Numbered from the stretch's first letter, positions 9,387-20,091 are shown. The stretch: DNA of 64,000 bases from Candidatus Methanophagales archaeon (GCA_003336485.1 QENH01000201.1:10704-74703); one strand, 5' to 3'. The notes: generated by a model not told the origin, from the letters alone. Translations and numbers: made by a program.

Positions 9387-9716
9387 TTATATCTTCGTCC
9401 AGAGCATGAAAGCAATCAAAAGCCCATATATAGCAATCGCTTCTGCAAGAGCAACGAAAATCAGAACACGCCCGAACGATTCAGGCTTCTCCGCCGTAGC
9501 TCCAGCCGCTGCTACACCCGTAGACGATATTGCGATACCTGCGGCAAGTGCTGATCCCGCCATTGCAATACCCGCCGCTATTGCTATCCATCCGCTATCT
9601 GTAACTCCTGACACTACTTCTTGTTGCGCAGACGCAACACCTACTCCTGTGAGTAGCAAGAGCAAGCAAAGCGTAAATGCAAATCCGTATTTCGAGTTCA
9701 TATCTTTCCTTTTCAC
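9387..9716 (-). CDS. c-ring proteolipid family protein (A/V-type ATPase subunit K/c-like)
   Basis: 109 aa; Gly/Ala-rich helical hairpin GIAMAGSALAAGIAISSTGVAAAGA and a second helix with a conserved carboxylate (ALAEAIAIYGLL). It stands alone, not in an ATPase operon. Confidence 0.5.
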   Translation of the reverse strand: MKRKDMNSKYGFAFTLCLLLLLTGVGVASAQQEVVSGVTDSGWIAIAAGIAMAGSALAAGIAISSTGVAAAGATAEKPESFGRVLIFVALAEAIAIYGLLIAFMLWTKI

Positions 9717-10029
9717 CTTTTTCTTTTTACTTATTTATTTATTTCTATTGAAAGGTGATACGATTTCTAATATATAAAAGTTTCTGGTTTTAGCACGAAG
9801 AATAATCGAACTTCTTGTATATTTCACGGTTAAAATAAAAAATGGGGTGGAAACCATTCGCAGGGGCGTTTATTTCTGCCATTGTTGCGTAAACATAGCG
9901 GTGGCGATAGATCTTAAAGCGGAGTTTGCAGAAGGATTACCCAGGGTATAGTAATCGAGATCTTCATCTGTGGAGGGATGATAATTGAGTGCAGTTGCCG
10001 TCCAACAGACCAAGATCGTAAGAAAAATC

Positions 10030-11511
10030 TTAGAGGGGTGAATAGAGCTCCGAACCCAAAAAGAAGTGAAAATTGAGGACACAAACATCCGCGTGTAAAG
10101 GCGTTCCATATGCTGCGGTTGCGATGAAGCAAGGTGAAGGTTCATACAAGGGGAATTTATAGATATAGTAACAGTCATTAACACTCTCTTTGTATTGATT
10201 TATCCGCTTATTCTGGTCAAAAGAGCAATCATCTATGTTATTTCGGTTATCCCGTGACGTGGTGAAGACCGCCCAATCTGATTCGCCAATCAGGTATTTT
10301 GTGCCACCCTTGTCAATATTAAAGTAGCAGGCCATTTTTATTTTTGGGTATTTCTTGATCGTATTGTACGTTTCTGCTAGCCATGCACCTTTTTTGGTGT
10401 TGTTGCTTATCCCTTCCTCAACACAAACGTCATTTATGCCGGTGCTGCTTTCGTACCTTATATCATCGAGATAGATCGTGCAGCCGAGAGGATTATTAGC
10501 TACACTTGTGCCCCAATAGAACCCACAAACGACATGACACATATTCTTGTCTGTTACATTAAGGGTATACTTTTGCCATGTACTTGTTAAAATTATATCA
10601 CCGGTCGAAACGTCAATATTACCTGCTGTAAATTTCGCCTTTTCTCCACCTTTTTCGCCTCTTGCCCAGAAGGTTAGAATATCTGCACCTGTCAAATTAT
10701 AGCCACCCTCCTGCCAGCGAATGCCAGCCCAGCCATTGCCTTGCGAACTGTTTGCCGAATAATGTATCTTTATAGACGAATTCCCGCATGCGATTCCCAA
10801 ATGAGGGTTTGTCGTGCAGCTATCGTCGAACGTTATATCACCCCAATCGCCTATCCAGCCGGAGGGGCTAAAATGGTTAGTTGGTGAATCCTTGTTGGTG
10901 TAAACGTTGAATTCCTTTATAGGTTTACTATCAACGACACTGGAAGATGCAAATTCAGTTATCGCATACGGCTTTTGTGATATGTTTGCATGTATGTCAA
11001 ATCGGTCCAGCATGGTCTTGAAAATATCGTTAAAGTTTCGCCAATTGTCCCAATCCGCACACGGAACTGACTGCCCAACGTTATAGCCGTCAATAGCCAC
11101 CCAATCCACATACTCATCGCCCGGATAATATTCTTCTGCTTTATATCCCTCAAATGGCACGTCATAATTGTTCACACACCACACCCACTGCAAGACATCG
11201 GAAGTTAAATTTTTTGATTTGAATATGTTATGAACATGTATCCAAGCAGCCGTATACGATGCCGGCGTTTTGTTGCTCCAGGGATATGCTTCGTCATGCA
11301 GATTCATCTCGTGTGCGAACCTGATAAAGAGCTGTTTCCTTGTTCCTGTTTCACCATTTACCGTCCAGTTTTCCTGCGTCCAATTATATAATTCTTGCGC
11401 ATAGCCCTCGAAATATGTGTCCAATGACCCGTTATTTATTACGTCAAGAATATCGCCCGCGCTCCAGGGCTCCCATGTTAGAAGCGGTGTGTTGCCATTA
11501 TGCTTGGTCAT
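10030..11511 (-). CDS. secreted glycoside hydrolase family 26-like protein with C-terminal lectin-like domain
   Basis: 493 aa; GH26-like blocks WEPW, IRFAHEMN and YAITEF (candidate acid/base and nucleophile Glu); Trp/Tyr-rich beta-rich C-terminal half; ends with CFIATAAYGTPL. Confidence 0.55.
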   Translation of the reverse strand: MTKHNGNTPLLTWEPWSAGDILDVINNGSLDTYFEGYAQELYNWTQENWTVNGETGTRKQLFIRFAHEMNLHDEAYPWSNKTPASYTAAWIHVHNIFKSKNLTSDVLQWVWCVNNYDVPFEGYKAEEYYPGDEYVDWVAIDGYNVGQSVPCADWDNWRNFNDIFKTMLDRFDIHANISQKPYAITEFASSSVVDSKPIKEFNVYTNKDSPTNHFSPSGWIGDWGDITFDDSCTTNPHLGIACGNSSIKIHYSANSSQGNGWAGIRWQEGGYNLTGADILTFWARGEKGGEKAKFTAGNIDVSTGDIILTSTWQKYTLNVTDKNMCHVVCGFYWGTSVANNPLGCTIYLDDIRYESSTGINDVCVEEGISNNTKKGAWLAETYNTIKKYPKIKMACYFNIDKGGTKYLIGESDWAVFTTSRDNRNNIDDCSFDQNKRINQYKESVNDCYYIYKFPLYEPSPCFIATAAYGTPLHADVCVLNFHFFLGSELYSPL

Positions 11512-11536
11512 GTGCCTGTGCCAACGCTTTTATCTC

Positions 11537-12655
11537 CTAAAATTCAAGTGTAATACTTTGAGCACATTTGGGATACGTTGACATATAGTCCCATTTTACG
11601 GGGACATCATATGCTACCGTCACACTTCCAAGCTCGCTTACGAGGAATGTTAAAGTTTCACTATATTCTGTACCTCCACCATTTGTTTCAAGCCATAACA
11701 TAACCTCCTTTGGCTCATCCACCAAAATAGAGAAATTATAGGATTGTCCTTGATTCAAGTCTTCCCAATCGCCATGAAAAGCGATACGGGAATCTGGAAG
11801 GAACTTACCTCCGTCAAATTCAGGTGGGCAAGAATAAATGATAAAATCCCCCCAAATATTTAGTCCAACTGAAACAGAAGGTTTTCTTGGTATAATCGAG
11901 ACATTTAACAGGGTGTAGCCATCCTCATCCATTGTGTTCACAACCATATCAGCCCATGGCTTATCCTGGACGGTTTTATCAGGTAGATCAAAACCGATGC
12001 ATGAGGCAATCACGTTATCTAAATGTTTAACATCCCAAACCCCCACGTACCACTCTATATCAAAGTTATAGAGTTGGTTGTGGTCAATATAAGTCTCCGA
12101 TGTATATAACCGCTCTGTTTTATCAATCCATACACCTGTTTTCGGCACAGGAGGCGGTAATGGTGGCAACTCGCCGATTGGATCCTCAAATGGATAATGG
12201 TCTATGCCATTACTACCAATATAATAAGGTTGTGAGCCGTTGCTTGGATTGCCTACGCATTTGTGGTCGCCCCAGTAGTTCCCGCCGATAATTAGACCGT
12301 TATCCCATGTGTTATTGTTACTATCAGCATATGGTTGTTCATCATTGTATATCAAATTGTTGTTATAAATTTTGTTATTGGATGAATTCTTCAATTTTAT
12401 TCCGCTCTCTGTGTTCAAGCAGACAGTGTTGTTAATGAGCGTGTTGTTGAAGGAGTGCTCTATGTCCATCCCATCATCAGAGTTGTTAAACACATTATTG
12501 TTCGCAATAGTGTTGTACTCGGAATCATCTAAGTCTATGCCATCATCCACATACCATGTTGCAGCCGACACAGCTCCAATAAGCAGCGGCACCAGCACCA
12601 ACATCAGCCCCACACATCTCAACACTCGCAGCCGATTATCGTTTTGATTTGACAT
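11537..12655 (-). CDS. secreted parallel beta-helix (PbH1) repeat protein
   Basis: 372 aa; signal peptide (LMLVLVPLLIGAVSAA), then Asn-rich beta-helix rungs (NNTLINNTVCLNTESGIKLKNSSNNKIYNNN). 25 bp downstream of the GH26-like gene on the same strand. Confidence 0.6.
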   Translation of the reverse strand: MSNQNDNRLRVLRCVGLMLVLVPLLIGAVSAATWYVDDGIDLDDSEYNTIANNNVFNNSDDGMDIEHSFNNTLINNTVCLNTESGIKLKNSSNNKIYNNNLIYNDEQPYADSNNNTWDNGLIIGGNYWGDHKCVGNPSNGSQPYYIGSNGIDHYPFEDPIGELPPLPPPVPKTGVWIDKTERLYTSETYIDHNQLYNFDIEWYVGVWDVKHLDNVIASCIGFDLPDKTVQDKPWADMVVNTMDEDGYTLLNVSIIPRKPSVSVGLNIWGDFIIYSCPPEFDGGKFLPDSRIAFHGDWEDLNQGQSYNFSILVDEPKEVMLWLETNGGGTEYSETLTFLVSELGSVTVAYDVPVKWDYMSTYPKCAQSITLEF

Positions 12656-12979
12656 TTTCTTTTGCTTCTACATCACCTTCTATATAGAGTCTTTCTTTTG
12701 AAAAAAAAACTTTTCTTGCTAAGAAAAGGTTTTTTAATGGCTTTCCGACTTCCAACCAAATAAGCTACCACCTGCCAAGAACCCAGCAAAGCAATTGCAG
12801 ACAATGCTTCAAATGCGGCCATTTTCTTCTTCTTATCCTCGCAATTGCACCTTTTTAGGCATCCGTATCACCCCAAAAAGCAACAAATCATTTGTTTTGT
12901 TTATAGCTTATAACGTTTTCGATTTGTTTTCTTTGCTAAATATAAGGCCAAGATTTTTTGTATATGCTATTGTATCCTA

Positions 12980-13468
12980 TTAGGATAAAGTCACAATCCC
13001 TACTTCTATCTTATCCGCAATAGTTATAATACCATAGGTTTTATACTTCGCCGGGAAGGCACCAGTTGCACTGCCGGGATTGAAGAATATCGTATCGTCT
13101 TTTCTTTTAAGTTCCTGTTTATGCGAATGCCCGTATATGATCAAGTCCAAATCGTCGCCCAATTTAGTCTTTACCCGTTCTGCTAACCCAAATGGGCTCC
13201 CGCCCTCTGCAGGGTGTGTAACACCAATTCTAAACCCTTCGACTACAAATATAGCTTCTGCCGGGAGTTTCACCCTTATTTCTTCCGGGTCCATATTACC
13301 ATGAACACCTTTAAAATCGCTCAGTGCCAGCAATTGGTCAAGAAAACTTATGCTTGTATAGTCACCCGCATGAATTATCAGATCAACACTATTCAGATCG
13401 TCCAAAATACGTTCGTGCAAATCCGTCAGATCTTTTGCATGTGTATCTGAGAGCACCACTATTTTCAT
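12980..13468 (-). CDS. metallophosphoesterase, YfcE/MJ0936 family
   Basis: 162 aa; MKIVVLSDTHA, GD, GNMD, GHSH metal-binding motifs. Confidence 0.85.
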   Translation of the reverse strand: MKIVVLSDTHAKDLTDLHERILDDLNSVDLIIHAGDYTSISFLDQLLALSDFKGVHGNMDPEEIRVKLPAEAIFVVEGFRIGVTHPAEGGSPFGLAERVKTKLGDDLDLIIYGHSHKQELKRKDDTIFFNPGSATGAFPAKYKTYGIITIADKIEVGIVTLS

Positions 13469-13557
13469 TTCTCTATTAATCTTATTTTAGTATGATCTTA
13501 AAAGTTATTTACGCTATTCCAATGGCTCCACCGCATCACAACTCAATGAGAATACCA

Positions 13558-13645
13558 CCTTAAGCGGATAACCACACATGCCGGATTAGTTGGACGTGCC
13601 TTCGGAGCGAAAGGCATGCTACTCGCATCCCGAAATAATGGCATA
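13558..13645 (+). repeat. orphan ~88-bp copy of an internal 5' segment of aTrm56 (direct repeat of 14600-14690)
   Basis: taagcggataaccacacatgccggattagttggacgtgcc...ggcatagaga is ~93% identical to codons ~15-43 of the aTrm56 gene 1 kb downstream. The 40 bp upstream of it looks like a diverged aTrm56 5' end (ATG at 13522). Confidence 0.8.
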
Positions 13646-14452
13646 GAGAGCAATCATATGATGTCCCTGGTAAATAGGCAACACCTTTTTATCTGTTTCA
13701 AAAAATGAGTAAACCGCCGTTTGTGCGCATCTAACAGAATACTCTACCGTAAACACACAATCATTTGCTACTTCGGCAAATTGCCCTAAAAATGCAAAAT
13801 TGGTTGATCCTTCCGGTATAACATCGGGACGGTCTCCTAATTCTCTTGGCATGAATAGACTATCAACAAATGGCATCATAACCGGAATGCAATTTGCTTT
13901 GCCTGCATCCAGTATTGGCTGCATCTTATCTGTGATTTTTAGATGATAGAATAGCTCCTCTAATATCTCTTCTCCGGAACATTCAGACATCTTTTTCTTA
14001 ACATGATTTCCTACTCTATCAGGATAGAGCCCGTAACGCCAGGGTTGCCAAAGGCCGGATCTTTCTTTGCAATTTTTTCCCAAAGAGTCCATGAGCCTGA
14101 TGAAGCCTTGTCTTTTAGTTTCGGTGGTGCGGTCATCGAGCCGAGGTCAGAGCTTTCCACGATAGAGCCGTTTGTAATGAATACGTAATTCTCTCAAAAT
14201 CAATATCAAGTACCTGAGTGTCCATATCAAAATGCACACCTCGCTTTGTTAACCAATTTTCAATAGGGATCACCTCGGAATCGTATTGATTGTATTTTTT
14301 AGCAACCTAGCCTGGGCATTTGAGACGAACTTCTTGTTAAATGCGAAACTTTCTTCTGTTATCGATACATTAGGGTCATCTAAGGAAGGTATGTTAGATA
14401 ATAAATCCCAGTAGCATACGTAATGCATTTCATGCATTCTGCCGCCACGTAC
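13619..14452 (-). pseudogene. C-terminal remnant of an oleate hydratase / MCRA-family gene (frameshifted, N-terminal FAD domain missing)
   Basis: ORF 13619-14092 contains STNFAFLGQFAEVANDCVFTVEYSVRCAQTAVY, recalled from memory as the conserved C-terminal block of oleate hydratases. Upstream homologous pieces (EVIPIENWLTKRGVHFDMDTQVLDIDFERI; ITEESFAFNKKFVSNAQ) lie in other frames. Confidence 0.5.
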
Positions 14453-14556
14453 GACATAACATTTCTTTCAAAAAGTTTTAAAAGCTTTACCAAAGAAATA
14501 TTAAACCAAAAGGCATATATTTTTTCAGGGAATGGGAGATACAGAATTTTAACCTC

Positions 14557-15105
14557 ATGGAGATCGTAATACTGAGATTGGGACACCGCCTGGAGCGGGA
14601 TAAGCGGATAACCACACATGTCGGATTAGTTGGACGTGCATTAGGAGCGAAAGGCATGCTACTCGCATCCAGAGATAAGGGCATAGAGACCAGTATAAAT
14701 GAAGTCACGCAGAGGTGGGGTGGTGATTTCTTTGTACAAACAGGAGTGAAATGGAGCGACGAGCTAAAGAGATGGAAGCAAGAAGGCGGGAAAGTGTGTC
14801 ATCTGACGATGTACGGTGAGAACATTCTTGACGTGATCGATGAACTAAGGGCAGAAGCGAATAATGATAAAGCACGTATCATGGTCGTTGTGGGCGCGGA
14901 AAAAGTACCATATATTGTTTACGATGCTGCAGATTGGAACATAGCGGTATCAAATCAGCCGCATTCAGAAGTAGCTGCTTTGGCGCTCTTTCTCGATTAT
15001 TTACAGCATGGCAAAGAGCTAAAAACTAAATTCGAGCATGCCGAGATGGAAATAGTACCGAAGAGGCGAGGCAAAGAGGTAATCAAGAAGAATAATGGTA
15101 CATGA
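14557..15105 (+). CDS. tRNA (cytidine56-2'-O)-methyltransferase aTrm56 (SPOUT)
   Basis: 182 aa; MEIVILRLGHRLERDKRITTHVGLVGRALGAKGMLL N-terminus is characteristic of archaeal aTrm56. Confidence 0.8.
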   Translation: MEIVILRLGHRLERDKRITTHVGLVGRALGAKGMLLASRDKGIETSINEVTQRWGGDFFVQTGVKWSDELKRWKQEGGKVCHLTMYGENILDVIDELRAEANNDKARIMVVVGAEKVPYIVYDAADWNIAVSNQPHSEVAALALFLDYLQHGKELKTKFEHAEMEIVPKRRGKEVIKKNNGT

Positions 15106-15111
15106 AAAGAT

Positions 15112-15408
15112 CTAACCCACTTCCACGCCTTCGCCCGCTTTACCCGGCTTCCTCGCTTCCGGCAACCGCTTCATCTCCGGTAGCACCTTCACCCTCAGTA
15201 TGTTCGTGGAACGGACATGATAGACCGGATCACCGGTCATCGGATCGTAGTCCTCCGTGCGAATAATACTGCTCACTACCGTTTTAAACTTCAATACCGT
15301 GCCGTCTTCCAACGTATATTCATTCCAATCCTCCTTTATCGTCTCAAAGTCTACGTCCATAGCCCCTAACTCCCGCCCATTTGGTAAACGAACTTTCAAT
15401 TTATCCAC
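15112..15408 (-). CDS. hypothetical small protein
   Basis: 98-aa ORF, no motif recognised. Confidence 0.3.
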   Translation of the reverse strand: MDKLKVRLPNGRELGAMDVDFETIKEDWNEYTLEDGTVLKFKTVVSSIIRTEDYDPMTGDPVYHVRSTNILRVKVLPEMKRLPEARKPGKAGEGVEVG

Positions 15409-15504
15409 CTTTTCTCTCCCTTTTGTAAATGCCTGATTATATATATTTGCTCTTTATGAATATAAGCGTCCCATCAATCTTTTTTAGTTTAGTTTAGTTG
15501 GATA

Positions 15505-16536
15505 TTATACTTTCTTGAGTACCGTGATGTACCGGTTTAAACTTTTATGTACACGGTACACGTACGTTTCAAGGACACGAAAAGAATGTCTGAGAGAACG
15601 CGAATAAGGGAAATTCGATACGACAACCGCTTTCCCGCCTGGTTTAAGCAAACGATGTATTTCCGCTAATGCATCCGGGAATAAGCGTTCTAATGACGGT
15701 CTAAAGCCCGCCTGGGCTATTAAAGAGGATCGCCCATAAGGCATGTCTGTTGCAATCGCATCAATGCAATTATCCCTTAATGCGATCTTAGCAGCATCGC
15801 CTACAATTAGAGCTCCCGTAAGTCCATAAAAGTTCAAATTTTCCGCTGTTCCTCGCACCATCTGCTCCTGCACATCTAGTCCCACTACCAGCGCCCCTAT
15901 CATGCCCGCTTCTAATAATAGCCCACCGGTGCCGCAGAACGGGTCAAGAAAAAGCTCGTTCTCGTTTATGCCACTGAGATTAACCAGAGCACGCGCAACT
16001 TTTGGTAGTATGACACCGGGCGAGAAGAAAGGTCTGAACTGAGGTTTCCTTGCACCATATCGCTTCTTATCCGTTGAATGTAATAGCAAACAGAAAAAGC
16101 ATGTTTGTTCTGTTAACAGCAGCACAAAGGTGTTCGATGGATCAGATAGATTTACGTTATAACCCTTTCCTTTTATGAGTGCTCCCACTTGCGCTATTAG
16201 TGCTTGCTTCTCCGGATAAGAGCTGTTTTTCGGCACACGAACAGCGAATGTGCTACCTTTTTCCATGCACTTGTATACATCTGTGTTTTTCACCATCGCC
16301 AATATCGCGTCCTCTTTCGGCTCACTCATGCCGTTCACTTCGTATATCCGGTGCGTCATCCCTAACCGATTAGCTAGAACCGCGAGTGTTTCCGGTCTGA
16401 TTTGTGCATCAATCACCAGTATACCTTTTAGGAACATTATCGTATCGTAAACGATACATAACGCATTTAAACACGCTAAAACCTCGGCTTTCGGCAGTGT
16501 GTCATGTTCGCCTGTGAGTTCAAAAGCAAGTAGCAT
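15505..16536 (-). CDS. tRNA (guanine10-N2)-dimethyltransferase, THUMP + methyltransferase (archaeal Trm11/Trm-G10)
   Basis: 343 aa; N-terminal THUMP-like region, motif I DPFCGTGG, catalytic motif DMPYG. Confidence 0.75.
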   Translation of the reverse strand: MLLAFELTGEHDTLPKAEVLACLNALCIVYDTIMFLKGILVIDAQIRPETLAVLANRLGMTHRIYEVNGMSEPKEDAILAMVKNTDVYKCMEKGSTFAVRVPKNSSYPEKQALIAQVGALIKGKGYNVNLSDPSNTFVLLLTEQTCFFCLLLHSTDKKRYGARKPQFRPFFSPGVILPKVARALVNLSGINENELFLDPFCGTGGLLLEAGMIGALVVGLDVQEQMVRGTAENLNFYGLTGALIVGDAAKIALRDNCIDAIATDMPYGRSSLIAQAGFRPSLERLFPDALAEIHRLLKPGGKAVVVSNFPYSRSLRHSFRVLETYVYRVHKSLNRYITVLKKV

Positions 16537-16859
16537 TTTCAGTCTTTTCGTATTTATATATATATGTAGTGAAACTCACAAATATTAAGTTACCCGAACT
16601 GTATCCTTTTTGGGTACACTATTTACGGAGAGTTCCCTAGCAAAGCTAAAAACCCACGAGATTTTACAAGATTTTGAGGGTTTATAATGGATAAAAGAGC
16701 CAATAAAGCACTTAAGCCTGATCCATATTACTATTTTCTCGTGTAAATCTGTGTAATCTTGTGGTCTATTTACCAAAAGAAAACTATCTTGGAATATACG
16801 TATAGATATATAAACAAAATTTTAGGTCATATAGGGATAGATAGAGAGGGGAAGGAAAA

Positions 16860-17759
16860 ATGGTGATAGAAATCGAAGATCTTAGACATGGGACAGAGCT
16901 TTTGAAGAATGGTTTCGCATCCTTACAAAAGGGGGGTGTGATAATGGACGTAACAAATGCAGATCAGGCTAAAATCGCAGAGGAGGCAGGCGCTATTGCA
17001 GTTATGGCGTTGCATGCTGTCCCGGCAGATATAAGAAAGGCAGGCGGTGTAGCGCGAATGGCTGACCCTGTAGTTATCTCCGAAATCGTTGATACCGTTA
17101 CGATACCGGTGATGGCGAAATGCCGTATAGGTCATTTTGTAGAGGCGGAGATACTAGAAGCGTTGGGCGTTGATATGATTGATGAATCCGAAGTCCTAAC
17201 ACCGGTGGACACGCATCACGTGGACAAGAGAAGGTTTACCGTGCCTTTCGTTTGCGGAGCTCGCAGTTTAGGTGAAGCATTGAGGCGGATAGAGGAAGGG
17301 GCGGCGATGGTGAGGACAAAAGGCGAAGCAGGTACGGGAGATGTCAAGGAAGCTGTTCGACACATGAAATTGATTATGGGCGAGATAAGATCGCTAAAAG
17401 GTAAAGATGACGAGGAGTTAAAAGATGTCGCGAAGGAGTTGCAAGTATCTATAGAGACAGTGCAAGAGACAGCGAAATTGCAGCGGTTACCGGTGGTTAA
17501 TTTCGCCGCGGGCGGTGTAGCAACACCTGCAGATGCCGCACTTATGATGCAACTCGGAGCAGACGGTGTTTTTGTCGGCTCGGGCATATTCAAATCGAGC
17601 GTTCCGGAAAAGATGGCTTCGGCAGTTGTGGATGCTGTTAACAGCTATGATGATCCAAAACGACTGGCGGCAATTTCTAAGGGGTTGGGATCACCAATGA
17701 AAGGTATAGAAGTGAGTACGTTGGCAGAAGAGGAGATGCTGCAAGTGCGTGGCTGGTAA
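16860..17759 (+). CDS. pdxS: pyridoxal 5'-phosphate synthase subunit PdxS
   Basis: 299 aa; [47 protein letters not shown] and other PdxS blocks. Confidence 0.9.
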   Translation: MVIEIEDLRHGTELLKNGFASLQKGGVIMDVTNADQAKIAEEAGAIAVMALHAVPADIRKAGGVARMADPVVISEIVDTVTIPVMAKCRIGHFVEAEILEALGVDMIDESEVLTPVDTHHVDKRRFTVPFVCGARSLGEALRRIEEGAAMVRTKGEAGTGDVKEAVRHMKLIMGEIRSLKGKDDEELKDVAKELQVSIETVQETAKLQRLPVVNFAAGGVATPADAALMMQLGADGVFVGSGIFKSSVPEKMASAVVDAVNSYDDPKRLAAISKGLGSPMKGIEVSTLAEEEMLQVRGW

Positions 17760-17833
17760 CACGTCTACCCAAAACAAAATTAAAATAATTGCAAAAGTCA
17801 AAATAAACTTGTACAATTACTCTTAGTTAGGGC

Positions 17834-18304
<471 letters not shown>

Positions 18305-18321
18305 TTAATACTATTTATTTG

Positions 18322-18708
18322 TCAGTCCACACAAGCCAAAGCCCTAAATGGGCATACGTTCACGCACACTTCACACCGTATACATTTATCCTCTTCCAAC
18401 TCTATCTGCCACGATGGATTGAACTTAAACACTCCGGTAGGACAGATAGAAATGCAAGCACCGCAATGGATACATCTCTCTTCATCCCACGCAATTAGTT
18501 TCATTAATTTCCGTACTTCAACGCCCTTTTCCCTGAAATGTTCTGCAACACTATTCACTTTATCGCTCGGTACGTCAACAATGAGCTCACCACTCACCGC
18601 ATCCACGTTCGCCTTATCTATGTTTATTTTCGCTCCTGTCTCGAGTATTACTTCCGCAGTACGCGGCGTTTTGTGTCCGGGTCGGGGGAACCGTAATAAT
18701 AGCTTCAT
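18322..18708 (-). CDS. 2x[4Fe-4S] ferredoxin-domain protein
   Basis: 128 aa; two CxxCxxCxxxCP motifs (CIHCGACISICP, CIRCEVCVNVCP) after an N-terminal alpha/beta domain. Confidence 0.65.
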   Translation of the reverse strand: MKLLLRFPRPGHKTPRTAEVILETGAKINIDKANVDAVSGELIVDVPSDKVNSVAEHFREKGVEVRKLMKLIAWDEERCIHCGACISICPTGVFKFNPSWQIELEEDKCIRCEVCVNVCPFRALACVD

Positions 18709-18812
18709 TTTCGTCTCGATATATCGATCTATCTATTCATTTATTTTCTTTCTAAGAAAAGGTTTTACATAAAGGTATATTATTTCTTTAATTGTAGAAC
18801 AGCGAGTAGAGC

Positions 18813-19745
18813 ATGATAGTACGGATTCGAGATTTTGTGATAACGAAGCAAAATTGGATCTTCTCTGTTGTCTGTTATGACTTAGGCGAAGAGGAAGTGA
18901 AATGCCTCTTACGATATGTTCCAGACGACAGAGGCGAAAGAGTCGCGGAGCGTGGCAGATACCGGAAATTAGACTTTGAGGAAGCATATGCGTTCTTGGA
19001 CAGACATTGCCCAGAATATGTAAAAGGTGGCATGCAAGTGGTTCCAAAAGCGGATATACTAGAAATCCTGCGGCCCGAGGATGAGCTCCCGTTAATCGCC
19101 GAGCGAGAAGAGCAGGCCCAAACTATTTTTCAGCTTCTTGGAATGCGTATCCCGAGAGACCGGATCGGGATTACCGGCTCCTACTTATGTGGTCTTAACA
19201 GCGCTAATTCAGACCTCGATTTCGTCCTTTATGGTCTGCCGAACTTCAACCGAGCGAGAGAGGTAATAGCAGCAGCAGAGGAAGAAGGCATACTCGTAGA
19301 GATAAATGATGCCGTGTGGCGACGGATATACAATAAAAGGCAGCCGGAATTGAGTTACAATTGTTTTGTCGCACAGGAACAGAGGAAGAAGAATAGGGGT
19401 GCAATTGGGAACACATACCTGGATATTTTATACACGCGAGACCGAGAAGAGATAATGCAGTTGGATATGACGAATTATGAACTAGGCGAAAGGGAAGGTT
19501 ATGCAACGATAACAGCGGAAGTAAAAGACGCCTCTTTCTCTTTTGATAATCCCGCGATATACGTGATTGAACATCCAGAGATAAGCAAGGTTCTTTCTTT
19601 TACGCATACGTATGCCGGGCAAGCGTTAGCAGGCGAAACGATAGAAGCTTGTGGCGTAATAGAGCGCACAAAGCATGAGTTGAGATTGGTCGTGGGTACG
19701 ACAAGAGATGCGAAGGGCGAGTGGATAAGGTCGCTCTCGCTTTGA
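18813..19745 (+). CDS. Pol-beta superfamily nucleotidyltransferase-domain protein
   Basis: 310 aa; minimal NTase motif GSYLCGLNSANSDLDFVLYG (GS-x10-DhDh); C-terminal domain unassigned. Confidence 0.55.
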   Translation: MIVRIRDFVITKQNWIFSVVCYDLGEEEVKCLLRYVPDDRGERVAERGRYRKLDFEEAYAFLDRHCPEYVKGGMQVVPKADILEILRPEDELPLIAEREEQAQTIFQLLGMRIPRDRIGITGSYLCGLNSANSDLDFVLYGLPNFNRAREVIAAAEEEGILVEINDAVWRRIYNKRQPELSYNCFVAQEQRKKNRGAIGNTYLDILYTRDREEIMQLDMTNYELGEREGYATITAEVKDASFSFDNPAIYVIEHPEISKVLSFTHTYAGQALAGETIEACGVIERTKHELRLVVGTTRDAKGEWIRSLSL

Positions 19746-19872
19746 AATGATCTTTGGAAAGGTTGCAGGATGCAAGATGCAGGTTTGACTTGCAGCGTTG
19801 CAATTTCTCGTGAATTTGTGTTCTAATTAAATAAGTACAAAAAAAGTTTTTGGAAAGGAAAGGAAAAGGGTC

Positions 19873-20091
19873 ATGGAACTTAAAGTGAAGATACTTGCAG
19901 ATAAAGAGGAAGAGAGAATATTGGAAGTCTCGAATGATGATACATACGAGGATGTATTAGAGAAACTGGGAATAAATCCGGTGGAGGTAGTTGTGCTTCG
20001 TAATAGTAAGCCCGTGCCGGAAGATGAAAAACCTCTTGAGGATATAAATAATGGTGCGGTAACGATTATCAGAATTGTCTCCGGGGGGTGA
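19873..20091 (+). CDS. ubiquitin-like small archaeal modifier protein (MoaD/ThiS beta-grasp, C-terminal Gly-Gly)
   Basis: 72 aa ending ...IIRIVSGG. Confidence 0.7.
   Translation: MELKVKILADKEEERILEVSNDDTYEDVLEKLGINPVEVVVLRNSKPVPEDEKPLEDINNGAVTIIRIVSGG

Noticed and set aside
9387-9716. Annotating an A1Ao ATP synthase operon
   Set aside because: Only a single proteolipid gene is present; no A, B, C, D, E, F, H, I subunit genes nearby.
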